DNA from: Candidatus Bipolaricaulota bacterium | Lineage (GTDB): Bacteria > Bipolaricaulota > Bipolaricaulia > UBA7950 > UBA9294 | Direction of reading: 5' to 3' | DNA length: 64,000 nucleotides | Assembly: GCA_040752575.1 (NCBI GenBank) | Contig: JBFMGK010000052.1 | Coordinates: 17,858 to 81,857 of the forward strand | Part shown: piece by piece, positions 36,298 to 45,585 of the stretch | Numbering within the stretch: the first letter of the stretch is position 1 | Layout: each line of letters starts with the position of its first letter | Program-made: the position numbers and the translations under genes | The notes under the pieces: model-generated | Told to the model about the DNA's origin: nothing | The model's database searches: none | The model's input: the letters and a program-made list of their open reading frames with translations, nothing else

Positions 36298-37131
36298 ATG
36301 CAGCCGCGAAAGGATCTCCTGGGCTATCGCGCGTTCCTCGTCGACATCGACGGCGTCTTGACGCGGGGTTCTGCTGGCCTGCCCGGAGCTGCCGAAGCGT
36401 TGCGAGCTCTTGAGTCGGCTGCTCCGACGCTGCTGTTGTCCAACAACTCGACGCGGTCCAGACGCGAGCTGGCCCAGCACCTTCAGGCGCTGGGATTCTC
36501 TGTGGACCCGGCGGGCGTCTTGCCGTCGTCCACGCTCGCCGCGCACTACCTGTTGCAAGAGATTGGGCCGACGCGTGTCTGGGTTGTGGGAGAGGCCGGT
36601 CTGAGGGAAGAACTCGTGGCGGCAGGCCACGAGGTCGCGGCTCGGCCTGAGGACGCCGCTTGGCTGATTGTCGGGATGGACCGGAACCTCACCTACAAGA
36701 CCCTCGATGCAGCGCTCCACGCCATGCTCGCGGGCGCACGGTTCCTCGCCACGAACGAGGACGCGACGTTTCCAACGTCGGATGGAGTCGTCCCCGGCGC
36801 GGGGGCTATCGTCGGAGCCCTGCGGGGCATGGGCTTCGCGCCGCATGCCGTCATGGGAAAGCCGTCCCCGCATGCGTTGGAGATCGCGCTGCGTAAGCTC
36901 GGCAGGCCGCCGGAGCAAGTCCTGATGATCGGCGATCGACTCGATACCGACATCGCTGGCGCGGCCGCTGCAGGGATGGACAGCGCGCTGGTCCTCTGCG
37001 GCGTGACGCGTGAGGCGGACGTTCCCCGCTCCGCGGCGGGTCCGACCTGGATTGCCGCAGATCTAGCGGCGCTCGTCCGCGGCGACGCTCGGCGCGTCGA
37101 TCAGGGTGCAGGTAACCAACCTGGCGTATGA
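36298..37131 (+). CDS. HAD-IIA family hydrolase (NagD-like)
   Basis: DIDGVL, LSNNS, ATNED, GKPS, MIGDRLDTDI. Confidence 0.92.
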   Translation: MQPRKDLLGYRAFLVDIDGVLTRGSAGLPGAAEALRALESAAPTLLLSNNSTRSRRELAQHLQALGFSVDPAGVLPSSTLAAHYLLQEIGPTRVWVVGEAGLREELVAAGHEVAARPEDAAWLIVGMDRNLTYKTLDAALHAMLAGARFLATNEDATFPTSDGVVPGAGAIVGALRGMGFAPHAVMGKPSPHALEIALRKLGRPPEQVLMIGDRLDTDIAGAAAAGMDSALVLCGVTREADVPRSAAGPTWIAADLAALVRGDARRVDQGAGNQPGV

Positions 37132-37151
37132 TCGTCTTGGAGGTTGCGTCG

Positions 37152-38075
37152 ATGCATCGACCATCGCTGTTGCGCGTGGATCATCTGGTCAAGCACTACG
37201 GCGACGTCCTCGCCGTGGATGACATCTCCTTCTCTGTCCCGACAGGCGAGGTCTTCACGTTGCTCGGCCCGAACGGCGCGGGGAAGACCACGACCCTCGA
37301 GATTCTCGAGGGACTGCGTGAGGCGGACGCCGGGGAGATTGAAGCCTTCGGACGCCGCGTGCGCCGCATCGATCGCGTGACGAAGGAGCGGATGGGCGTC
37401 CTGCTCCAGGAAGGGAACTTCGAACCCTACCTGAGAGTGAAGGAAGTCCTCCGGCTGTTCGCGTCGTTCTTCCGAGCGCCGCGCTCTCCCGATGACGTTC
37501 TACGCGAGATCGCGCTCGAAGAGAAGGCCAATGCCCTGGTGAAGACCTTGTCCGGTGGGCAGCGACAGCGCCTGGCGATCGGGGTGGCTCTCATCAACGA
37601 TCCCGAGCTTGTCTTCCTCGACGAGCCGACAACCGGGCTCGACCCACAGGCGCGTCGCAACATCTGGTCGGTGGTCGCAGGGCTCACCGCCTCCGGCAAG
37701 ACGGTCATCCTCACGACGCACTACATGGAGGAGGCGGAGGCTTTGTCGCAGACGGTGTCGATCATGGACCACGGGAAGATGATCGCGCAGGGCGCACCGC
37801 GCGAACTGACCGCCCGACTAGGGCAGGAGACGATCGTCGAGTTCGCCGCCGGCGACAGCGCAGGCGAGGCGGAGCAAGCCTTGACGACGTGTTGCCGCGC
37901 CGTGCGCCTGGACGGCGGGGTGATCTCCATCGAGACTGACGATCTTGTCGCAACGATGCGGCGGCTTCTGGACTGGTCGCGGGAGACCGGCGTGCCGCTC
38001 GCTGAGATGGCCGTGCGCCAGCCAAACCTCGAAGACGTCTTCCTGGCCCTCACCGGGCGGAGGCTGCGCGACTGA
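37152..38075 (+). CDS. ABC-2 type exporter ATP-binding protein
   Basis: GPNGAGKTT, LSGGQRQR, FLDEPTTGLD, TTHYMEEAE. Confidence 0.93.
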   Translation: MHRPSLLRVDHLVKHYGDVLAVDDISFSVPTGEVFTLLGPNGAGKTTTLEILEGLREADAGEIEAFGRRVRRIDRVTKERMGVLLQEGNFEPYLRVKEVLRLFASFFRAPRSPDDVLREIALEEKANALVKTLSGGQRQRLAIGVALINDPELVFLDEPTTGLDPQARRNIWSVVAGLTASGKTVILTTHYMEEAEALSQTVSIMDHGKMIAQGAPRELTARLGQETIVEFAAGDSAGEAEQALTTCCRAVRLDGGVISIETDDLVATMRRLLDWSRETGVPLAEMAVRQPNLEDVFLALTGRRLRD

Positions 38076-39271
38076 TGGCCGTGCGATCGATCGCCCGCGC
38101 CTACATCATCACTTCGCTGCGCGAGCGAATCACTCTCTTCTGGTTCCTCGCCTTCCCGCTCCTTCTGCTGGTCCTGTTGACGTTTGTGTTCGGCAACGTC
38201 GGCAACAGCGTCCGCACATCGTTCGACGTGACGCTCGTGAACTTCGACGACGGCCGCGACGCACGCGCGGCGGCCGCCCTTGCCGGTGCGATGGCCACGC
38301 TTGCCGCGACGGAGGACGGAACTGCGCCGCTGTTCGTCCTTCATCTCCCGCCCGTCGACGCCGATCGAAGCGCGTTCCTTGTATCCGAACTGAACGAACT
38401 CCGTGTCGGACGGAGAGCGGTGGTCGTTGAGATTCCCCTTGGTCTGAGCGCGTCCGTCGATGCGGCCGCCCGCGGCGCGGCGAGCGCCACGCTCGCCGTC
38501 GAAATCCACAAGAGCGGCGGGAGGACTGGATCGGACATGGCGGCTTCGATCGTCGAACACGTCGTCGCCGGAGTTGATCGGTCGCTACTCGTGCAGTACG
38601 GGCTGTTCGATGAGAGCCGCACACTCCGCGTAGAGCGGCTCGAGTTGGGCGCCGGCGCGCGCACGTTCCGCTACGTCGATTTCCTCCTGCCGGGCATCCT
38701 GTTGATGGGCTTCTTCACCGGCGGGCTGTTCGGCGTGCCGGGAACCCTTCTGTTCGGCCGGGAACGCCGGATTCTACGCGGTTATTGGGTCACACCGCTT
38801 GACGTACCCCACTACCTTGCCGGCTTCGCCCTCGGCCACCTCGGCCTGTGCGCGATTCAGTTCGCTTGCGTCTGGGGAGTCGCTCGCTTCGCACTCGGGG
38901 CCGACGTCCCGTTGTGGCGCCCGCTCGTACTCGCCGCCCTGCTCTTCGCGGCGATGACGTTCCTCGCGATCGGGTTTCTCGTCGCCGCCGTCGCGCGGAC
39001 GGCGAACGGCGGGATGGCGCTAGCCAACGTCGTCAACATGCCGATGATGTTCCTCGGCGGGCTGTTCTTCCCCATTGGGCAGCTTCCCGGCGCGCTGCGG
39101 GCAGTGATGTTGGCCAACCCCGTGACGTATCTCGCCGACCTCCTGCGCGGCCTGACGGGAACCGCGGCTCCCGTCCTGCCGGTGGCGGCGAGCGTCGGCG
39201 TTCCGCTGGCTTGGATCGTGGTCTGTGCGCTCGTTGCGGCCAGACGGCTTCAGTGGGATGTGAGCCGATGA
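38075..39271 (+). CDS. ABC-2 type exporter permease
   Basis: LFWFLAFPLLL, YVDFLLPGIL, MMFLGGLFFP, NPVTY. Confidence 0.88.
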   Translation: MAVRSIARAYIITSLRERITLFWFLAFPLLLLVLLTFVFGNVGNSVRTSFDVTLVNFDDGRDARAAAALAGAMATLAATEDGTAPLFVLHLPPVDADRSAFLVSELNELRVGRRAVVVEIPLGLSASVDAAARGAASATLAVEIHKSGGRTGSDMAASIVEHVVAGVDRSLLVQYGLFDESRTLRVERLELGAGARTFRYVDFLLPGILLMGFFTGGLFGVPGTLLFGRERRILRGYWVTPLDVPHYLAGFALGHLGLCAIQFACVWGVARFALGADVPLWRPLVLAALLFAAMTFLAIGFLVAAVARTANGGMALANVVNMPMMFLGGLFFPIGQLPGALRAVMLANPVTYLADLLRGLTGTAAPVLPVAASVGVPLAWIVVCALVAARRLQWDVSR

Positions 39272-40335
39272 CCGCATTCCGCGCCCTGCTTCGCGCCGAG
39301 GCTGCCGTTCTCCGCCGCGATCGTGCGTCGCTCGTGTTCACGTTCCTCTTCCCGCTCCTGTTCATCTTGATCTTCGGCGCGATGATGTCGAGCGTCGGAT
39401 CGACCGAGTCAACGCGCCTCGGCGTTGTCGTGCTCGACGGCGCCGATCGCGACGTCCTCGATCGCGTCTTCGCTGGATCGGTTGCCGAAATACGCCACCT
39501 CGCGAGCCGGGCGGAGCTCGAAGCGGCGATCGACCGAAGGGATGTCGACTTCGGCGCCATCTGGGACGGTGTCACGTTGGGTTTCGCGTTCGACGTCCGG
39601 CGGACCCAGGACAACTTCGTGTTCGATGAGCTGGCCGACGGCCTTGCCGCGCAGATGGATCTCGCCCTTCAGGGGCGGTCGCCGCTCCTCGCGTCGACCG
39701 TCCGCATCGCCGGCGGCGAGCCGGACGCCAGCTGGCTGACGCTGGTCGTGCCGGGGATCCTCGCGTTTTCCGTGCTGTCGGCGGGGCTGTTCGCGATTGC
39801 CGGCCACCTGACGTCCATGAAGCAGCGCCGGCTGTTGGATCGATTCGTCGTGACTCCGATGCGGCCGACAACGCTTCTCGCCGCAATCGTCGTCGTTCGC
39901 CTTGTGGTGGTCGCGGTGTCGACCCTGATGACGCTCGCCGTCGCGACAACGCTGTTCCGAATCCGCTACGACGTGAGTTGGGTCCGCTACGTGGCGTTCC
40001 TCATCTCGGCGACCCTCGGAACCATGGGGATGGGTGCGGTCTTCACGCTGCTCGTCCGCCAGCCGTCGAGCGCAGGGAACCTGGCGAACATCGTCTCGAT
40101 CCTGATGATGTTCACCTCGGGCATCTACTTCCCGGTCGAGATCATGCCGCCCTTTCTGCGAGGGCTCAGCCGCGCGATGCCTCTCACATACATGGCAGAC
40201 GCCATGCGCTACGCGACGGGAGTCATGGACATGCAGGACTCGGACTTCTGGCTCATCTGCGGAGCGTTCCTGCTGCTTGGCCTCGCCCTTCTGCCCGGCC
40301 TCGCCCGCTACATCGTGCGCCCGCTTCGGCGCTGA
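39268..40335 (+). CDS. ABC-2 type exporter permease
   Basis: LVFTFLFPLLF, VVPGILAF, MFTSGIYFPVEIMP, PLTY. Confidence 0.88.
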   Translation: MTAFRALLRAEAAVLRRDRASLVFTFLFPLLFILIFGAMMSSVGSTESTRLGVVVLDGADRDVLDRVFAGSVAEIRHLASRAELEAAIDRRDVDFGAIWDGVTLGFAFDVRRTQDNFVFDELADGLAAQMDLALQGRSPLLASTVRIAGGEPDASWLTLVVPGILAFSVLSAGLFAIAGHLTSMKQRRLLDRFVVTPMRPTTLLAAIVVVRLVVVAVSTLMTLAVATTLFRIRYDVSWVRYVAFLISATLGTMGMGAVFTLLVRQPSSAGNLANIVSILMMFTSGIYFPVEIMPPFLRGLSRAMPLTYMADAMRYATGVMDMQDSDFWLICGAFLLLGLALLPGLARYIVRPLRR

Positions 40336-40342
40336 CCCGGCG

Positions 40343-40801
40343 CTAGGTGAACCAGCGCAGGGCTCCCACACTGATCAGCGTGACGAGTCCGGCGGCGATC
40401 ACAACGCCGAGCGCGATCGACAAGGCCGCGCGCCGTGGCGGCAGCGCCGCGGCGGCCGCCACAAACGCCGCCGTCCACGCTCCGGTTCCGGGAAGCGGGA
40501 CCGAAACGAATAAGGCGAGTCCGACCAGGCCGAGCTTCTCGATGAGCTCGGTACGTCGCGCCGCCCTGCGATCCATCCACCGCAGCACTTCGCGCACGAA
40601 CGGCACCCGCGCCACGACGGGTCGCAGGTGCATCAGGATGAAGAAAGCCATCGGAACGACCGCCACGTTCGCCAGGCCCGCGACGATGAACGCCAACGCC
40701 GGGTCCGCTCCGCGGGCGATCGCGTAGGGTAGACCGCCGCGCAGCTCGACAACTGGCGCGGCCGAGAGGAGAACCGTGATGAGCCAATCGCACCCCGTCA
40801 T
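40343..40801 (-). CDS. Small multi-drug export family membrane protein (COG2426)
   Basis: PVVELRGGLP, LFVSVPLPGTGAWTA. Confidence 0.88.
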   Translation of the reverse strand: MTGCDWLITVLLSAAPVVELRGGLPYAIARGADPALAFIVAGLANVAVVPMAFFILMHLRPVVARVPFVREVLRWMDRRAARRTELIEKLGLVGLALFVSVPLPGTGAWTAAFVAAAAALPPRRAALSIALGVVIAAGLVTLISVGALRWFT

Positions 40802-40880
40802 GGCGCGATTCTAGCGGACAAGGGCGATGATGGCAGCGTGGGTAGGCCCCACGTATACTGCGCGCCGGGAGGCGATCGAC

Positions 40881-42302
40881 ATGCGGCTTTACAACTCGCT
40901 GACGCGGCAGCTTGAACCGTTCTCCCCTCGCGATGGGAAGACGGTAGGCATGTACGTCTGTGGGCCGACCGTCTACGACCACCTCCACATCGGCAACGTC
41001 AGACCGGTGATCGTATTCGGTGCGCTTCGCCGTTACCTTGTGGCGTTCAAGGGATGGCACGTGCTTTACGTGCAGAACATCACGGACGTCGATGACAAGC
41101 TCATCCAGCGGGCCGAAAGCACGGGCGCGACCGTCGAGTCCGTTGCCGCGAAGTACGCGCAGGCGTACTTCGACCTCCTCGAGGCTCTGGGCATCGAGCG
41201 CCCCACCGCGAGCCCTCGCGCCACGGAGCACATCGAGCCGATGGTCGCCCTCATCGGGCGACTTGTCGAGCGCGGGGCAGCCTACGTCCGCGGTGGAGAC
41301 GTCTACTTCCGCGTCGAAAAGGCCGACGGCTATGGCACCCTTTCGGGGCGTCGCCTCGAGGACCAGGAAGCCGGGGCCCGCGTCGAGGTTGCGTTGGAGA
41401 AAGAACACCCGCTCGACTTCACGCTCTGGAAAGCTGCGAAACCGGGGGAGCCGAGTTGGCCGTCGCCTTGGGGAGCGGGACGGCCTGGGTGGCACACCGA
41501 ATGCGTGGTCATGTCGCGGAAGTACCTTGGTGAGTTTCTGGACATTCACGCCGGCGGAAACGACCTCATGTTCCCGCACCACGAGAACGAGATCGCCCAA
41601 GCCAACGCGTCGGGCGAGGGTCCGTTCTTCCGCTTCTGGCTGCACAATGGGATGTTGCACCTCGGCGGCCAGGAGATGCATAAGTCGCTCGGGAACTTCC
41701 GGTACGCGCATGAGATACTCGCGGCTTACGACGCGCAGACCGTCGCCTACTTCTACCTTTCGCGCCACTACCGCAAGCCGCTGGAGTTCTCCGACGAAGG
41801 GCTGCGGGCGGCGCAGGCCGCCGTGCGCCGCGTGCAGAGCCTCGTCTCCGACATCGAGCGCGAGCTACCGGCGGCAAGTGGAGAAACCGCTGCACCGGCA
41901 AGCGCCTTTCAGGACAGCCTCGCCGGCTTCCGCGAGCGGTATGTCGACGCGATGGATGACGACTTCAACACCGTCGATGCCCTGGCCGCGGTGCACGATG
42001 CCGTCAGTGCGACGAATCGGTTCCGTGCCGAAGCGCAGGGAAGCGATCGCCTGGCGTTGCGCGGAGCCGTTTCTCTCCTTCGCGAACTCGGTGCGCCCCT
42101 TGGCCTGTTCGGCGCTCGGCGCGTCGAGACCGCTTCGTCGCTCGAGTCGCCGCTGATCGAGCTCTTGCTCTCGCTGCGCTCCGGCCTCCGGGCGCGCAAG
42201 GCGTTCGACCTGTCCGACCAAGTGCGCGACGGGCTGGCTGCACTCGGGGTGGAGATCAAGGACACGCCGCAGGGGACCTTCTGGTCGCGCAGCGAGGGCT
42301 AG
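40881..42302 (+). CDS. cysS: Cysteine--tRNA ligase
   Basis: YVCGPTVY, HIGN, GRPGWHTEC, FPHHENE, EMHKSLGN. Confidence 0.97.
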   Translation: MRLYNSLTRQLEPFSPRDGKTVGMYVCGPTVYDHLHIGNVRPVIVFGALRRYLVAFKGWHVLYVQNITDVDDKLIQRAESTGATVESVAAKYAQAYFDLLEALGIERPTASPRATEHIEPMVALIGRLVERGAAYVRGGDVYFRVEKADGYGTLSGRRLEDQEAGARVEVALEKEHPLDFTLWKAAKPGEPSWPSPWGAGRPGWHTECVVMSRKYLGEFLDIHAGGNDLMFPHHENEIAQANASGEGPFFRFWLHNGMLHLGGQEMHKSLGNFRYAHEILAAYDAQTVAYFYLSRHYRKPLEFSDEGLRAAQAAVRRVQSLVSDIERELPAASGETAAPASAFQDSLAGFRERYVDAMDDDFNTVDALAAVHDAVSATNRFRAEAQGSDRLALRGAVSLLRELGAPLGLFGARRVETASSLESPLIELLLSLRSGLRARKAFDLSDQVRDGLAALGVEIKDTPQGTFWSRSEG

Positions 42303-42315
42303 AGCCGCGCTCTTG

Positions 42316-42912
42316 TCATAGCAGGGCCCGGATCTGCGCCAGCGCGTCGCGGAGATTCGCGGCAGGACGGTACCGCAGATCCTTGGGGACGAACTCGAGA
42401 ATCCAAGGCGCGGGGTTCACGAGGACGATCTCGGGAATCCCGGCGGCCTGAGCGGCCAGGAGATCGAGGTGAGCGTCGCCGAGCGCGACGGCTTGGTCGC
42501 TCGCTACGCGAAAGCGCGCGAGCGCTTCCCGCATGAGAAAGGGACTAGGTTTCGTCGGGCCGTCGTCGCGCGACAGGGTGAGGTCGAACCCGAGCGGGAA
42601 CCTCGCGAGAAACGTCTCGACGCTCGCGCGTGAGTTGTTCGTGATCAGAGCCGTGAGCACGCCGCACTCGCGAAGCGTGTCGACGAGTTCGACCGCCCCG
42701 GGCATGAGGTCTCCGCACGCTGCACCCTGTTCCTCCACCGCGACGAGCGCCTGCAGCCCTCGATCGCGTTGCGCCGGAGCGAGATCGAGGATCTGCTCCA
42801 GAATGCCGCGGCCGTCGCGCGGTAGACCGAACTCCTCGCGCACGGGGAGGAAGTCGACGCGCGCGTCGAAGATCGTTCCGTCCATGTCCAGCATCGCCGC
42901 ACGGAGGCGCAC
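42316..42912 (-). CDS. HAD family hydrolase
   Basis: LDMDGTI, ITNNS, KPSP, LGDAHLD. Confidence 0.85.
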   Translation of the reverse strand: MRLRAAMLDMDGTIFDARVDFLPVREEFGLPRDGRGILEQILDLAPAQRDRGLQALVAVEEQGAACGDLMPGAVELVDTLRECGVLTALITNNSRASVETFLARFPLGFDLTLSRDDGPTKPSPFLMREALARFRVASDQAVALGDAHLDLLAAQAAGIPEIVLVNPAPWILEFVPKDLRYRPAANLRDALAQIRALL

Positions 42913-42938
42913 GCTCTTCTCCCCGCAAGCGGCAGGCG

Positions 42939-43733
42939 TTACGGCGTGTCGAGAACCCGGAGCTTCACCTGATCCGTGAACTTCGCGCCGGATGGATCGG
43001 TGACGGTCAGGGTGATCCAGACATCCTCGCCTCCCGTCAGCGCCGTTCCCGGAGCGAAGTACAGCGGATCCGGAGCCCTCGGGTCGAGGAAGTTCCCTCG
43101 GCTGGCCGACCACTCGAAGCGCACGTCGCGACACGTCGGCAGCGGGACATTCGCTCTCATTTGGACGAACGAGCACTCGCCGACGCACAGAGGTCCATTA
43201 CGGCTGATGCCGGGACGATCCGTGCAGGGATCGACCGAGCAAGGCGACGAGCAGGTCCACGTGGGGCACGCCGGCTCAGCGCAAGGCGTGTGCGGCGCGC
43301 GACAGCCCCCCACGAGGCTGACGGACGCGGGAGCCTGCGCAGAGCAGACGGCCGGCGCGGCCGTTGCCGTTCCACACGTTCCGCACGTCGCGGCGGCGCG
43401 GGGCGAGGCGGCTTGCACAATCCCGTTCGTGGTCGGTGTGTGCAGCGCGGGCACGGGGCCCGGCGCGAAGGTCAACGAGGACACGGCGCAGCTCCCGCAG
43501 CCGGGGGACTCGGTGTCCGGCTCGGGGTTTGTGACGACTGGCCGTACGGCAGCCGGCGACACGGCGGTCCCACCGCCCGACGTCGCGTGCCAGTAGGAGG
43601 TCGTCTCGACGCTCCCAGCCGAATCCGCCACCTCAAGGGGCTCGAGAACCCCATCGGGGTTTCCCAGAACCAGGAACAGCACGAGGCCGGCGACGATGGC
43701 GCCGACCAACCAGACCGCGAAAGAATTGCCCAT
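42939..43733 (-). CDS. Membrane-anchored Cys-rich protein with C-terminal Ig/PKD-like domain
   Basis: N-terminal TM helix, 14 Cys, FEWSASRG..ITLTVTDPSG; GGAGG RBS. Confidence 0.65.
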   Translation of the reverse strand: MGNSFAVWLVGAIVAGLVLFLVLGNPDGVLEPLEVADSAGSVETTSYWHATSGGGTAVSPAAVRPVVTNPEPDTESPGCGSCAVSSLTFAPGPVPALHTPTTNGIVQAASPRAAATCGTCGTATAAPAVCSAQAPASVSLVGGCRAPHTPCAEPACPTWTCSSPCSVDPCTDRPGISRNGPLCVGECSFVQMRANVPLPTCRDVRFEWSASRGNFLDPRAPDPLYFAPGTALTGGEDVWITLTVTDPSGAKFTDQVKLRVLDTP

Positions 43734-43770
43734 CGCTCGCGCACCTCCAGCGCGCCCCCTCCTTGCCAGG

Positions 43771-45585
43771 CTACACGCCAGAAGCCGTAAAGTCAATTGG
43801 GAACGGAGGAACGTGATGCGCGTCACGCTCGCTGTCGTCCGATTCCGCGCTCCAAAGTCGGCGCATCTCCTCGCTCTCCTGCAGCACTTCGTCCAGCCGG
43901 CCTGACGCCTCGATGCATCCGTCTTTCATGACCAGGATCCGGTCGGCGCGGCGCAACGCCGCACGGCGGTGGGAAACGACAAGCCACGTGCGCTGTCTCT
44001 CCGCAAATGCCCGGTCCCACAGTGCCTTCTCGGTCTCAACGTCCAGGGCACTCGATACGTCGTCGAGCACGACGAGCTCCGGGCGCGATACGAACATGCG
44101 GGCCGTCGCGGCGCGTTGGCGTTGCCCCCCCGAGAGCTTAACCCCGCGGGGTCCGACGACAGTGTCCAGGCCGTGCTCGAGTCGCACGATGTCGTCCTCC
44201 AGCACCGCGAGTTCGATCGCCTTGTCCAGCGCCTCGTCGGGAACCTCTCGTCCCAGGCGCAGATTGTCGCGCAAGGTCTCGCTGAACAGCTGCGGAACCT
44301 GCGGCGTGTAGGCGGCGCGCGGAGGGACGAAGAACGTCGAGGGGTCGGCAACCGGTTCGCCGTTCCAGACGATTCGCCCCTCCTCGATCGGCAAGAGGCC
44401 AAGCAGTCCACGAAGGAGCGTGGTCTTCCCCGAGCCGATCCGACCGGTGATCACGACGAATTCGCCCCGACGGATCTCAAACGAGGCACGCCGGACGCGG
44501 AACCCGCCACTCCCTGCCGCGGCAACCGTCATCGTCTCGATGGCCAGCCGCTCGAGCGCCGGCCCAGCGCACAGCGGTGGCGGCTCGGGGAGCGGCCCCG
44601 TGAGGTGGACCGGATGGTGAGCGACGACGTCGCCACGCGAGCCCTGAACGAGCGTCGCCATTCGATCGATCGACACCTTGGTCTGCTGAAAGTGGATCAG
44701 AAAGTCGCCGAACGCGGCGATGATCTCGGTCAAGAAACCGACATAGGTCACGAAGAGGGCGAAATCGCCGACCGTGAACGTGCTGCCGCGCAGTCCCTCC
44801 GCCGCAGCGAGCAAGATGAGGCCCGTGCACAGTGTGGTCGCGTTCCAGAAGAACGAGTGGAACGACTGGGACAACAGGCGATCGCGCACCGCGGCGCGAA
44901 GCCGGATGCGGTTCAGCGCTTCGATGTGTGCAACGACATGCTCTTCCGCTCCGGCCAGTTGGATCGCCTGAACGCCGTCCATCGCCTCGCCGATCGCGCC
45001 AGTGACTCGCTCGGTAGACTCGCGGTGAGCTTCGCGGAACCGGCGGACGCTCTTCGACACCGCGCGGGCGCCGATCAACACGAGGATGAGCGGCAGCACG
45101 ACGATCAGTGTCACGCGGGCGTCGATCGCCAACAGAATCGCCAGCGCAGCAAGGCTGTACGGAACGAAGGAGAACTGGTCGATCAGCCACGACAGGAGGT
45201 CCTCGACGGTCTGGACGTCGTCGCGCACCGCGTTGAGCGCCTCGCCGACGGCGCCAGGGAGCGCGCGGGCGCCGGGTTTTGCCAGCACCGCGGCAAGGAG
45301 ATTTCGCCGTAACAGGACCTCGATCGAGTAACGATGACGGATGTCGATCAGCGCGCCGACTAGGATCGCGATGACGCGCGCGAGGCCCGCGGCCGCGACC
45401 AGGGCGATGACCGACGTCAGCGTGAACCCGGCCGCCGCGTCTCCCGTTAGCCAGTCGAAGAACAGCTTGGCGACGTAGCCAGTCCCGAGCTCAGTGAGCA
45501 CGATGGCCGTCCACGCGACCGCGTCCATCGCGTACAGCCAAGGTCGGTAGCGAATGAGATGAAGGAGCGCTCGGAGTGCCGTCAT
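43771..45585 (-). CDS. Type IV ABC exporter half (TMD+NBD)
   Basis: GRIGSGKTT, LSGGQRQR, VLDDVSSALD (degenerate Walker B). Confidence 0.92.
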   Translation of the reverse strand: MTALRALLHLIRYRPWLYAMDAVAWTAIVLTELGTGYVAKLFFDWLTGDAAAGFTLTSVIALVAAAGLARVIAILVGALIDIRHRYSIEVLLRRNLLAAVLAKPGARALPGAVGEALNAVRDDVQTVEDLLSWLIDQFSFVPYSLAALAILLAIDARVTLIVVLPLILVLIGARAVSKSVRRFREAHRESTERVTGAIGEAMDGVQAIQLAGAEEHVVAHIEALNRIRLRAAVRDRLLSQSFHSFFWNATTLCTGLILLAAAEGLRGSTFTVGDFALFVTYVGFLTEIIAAFGDFLIHFQQTKVSIDRMATLVQGSRGDVVAHHPVHLTGPLPEPPPLCAGPALERLAIETMTVAAAGSGGFRVRRASFEIRRGEFVVITGRIGSGKTTLLRGLLGLLPIEEGRIVWNGEPVADPSTFFVPPRAAYTPQVPQLFSETLRDNLRLGREVPDEALDKAIELAVLEDDIVRLEHGLDTVVGPRGVKLSGGQRQRAATARMFVSRPELVVLDDVSSALDVETEKALWDRAFAERQRTWLVVSHRRAALRRADRILVMKDGCIEASGRLDEVLQESEEMRRLWSAESDDSERDAHHVPPFPIDFTASGV

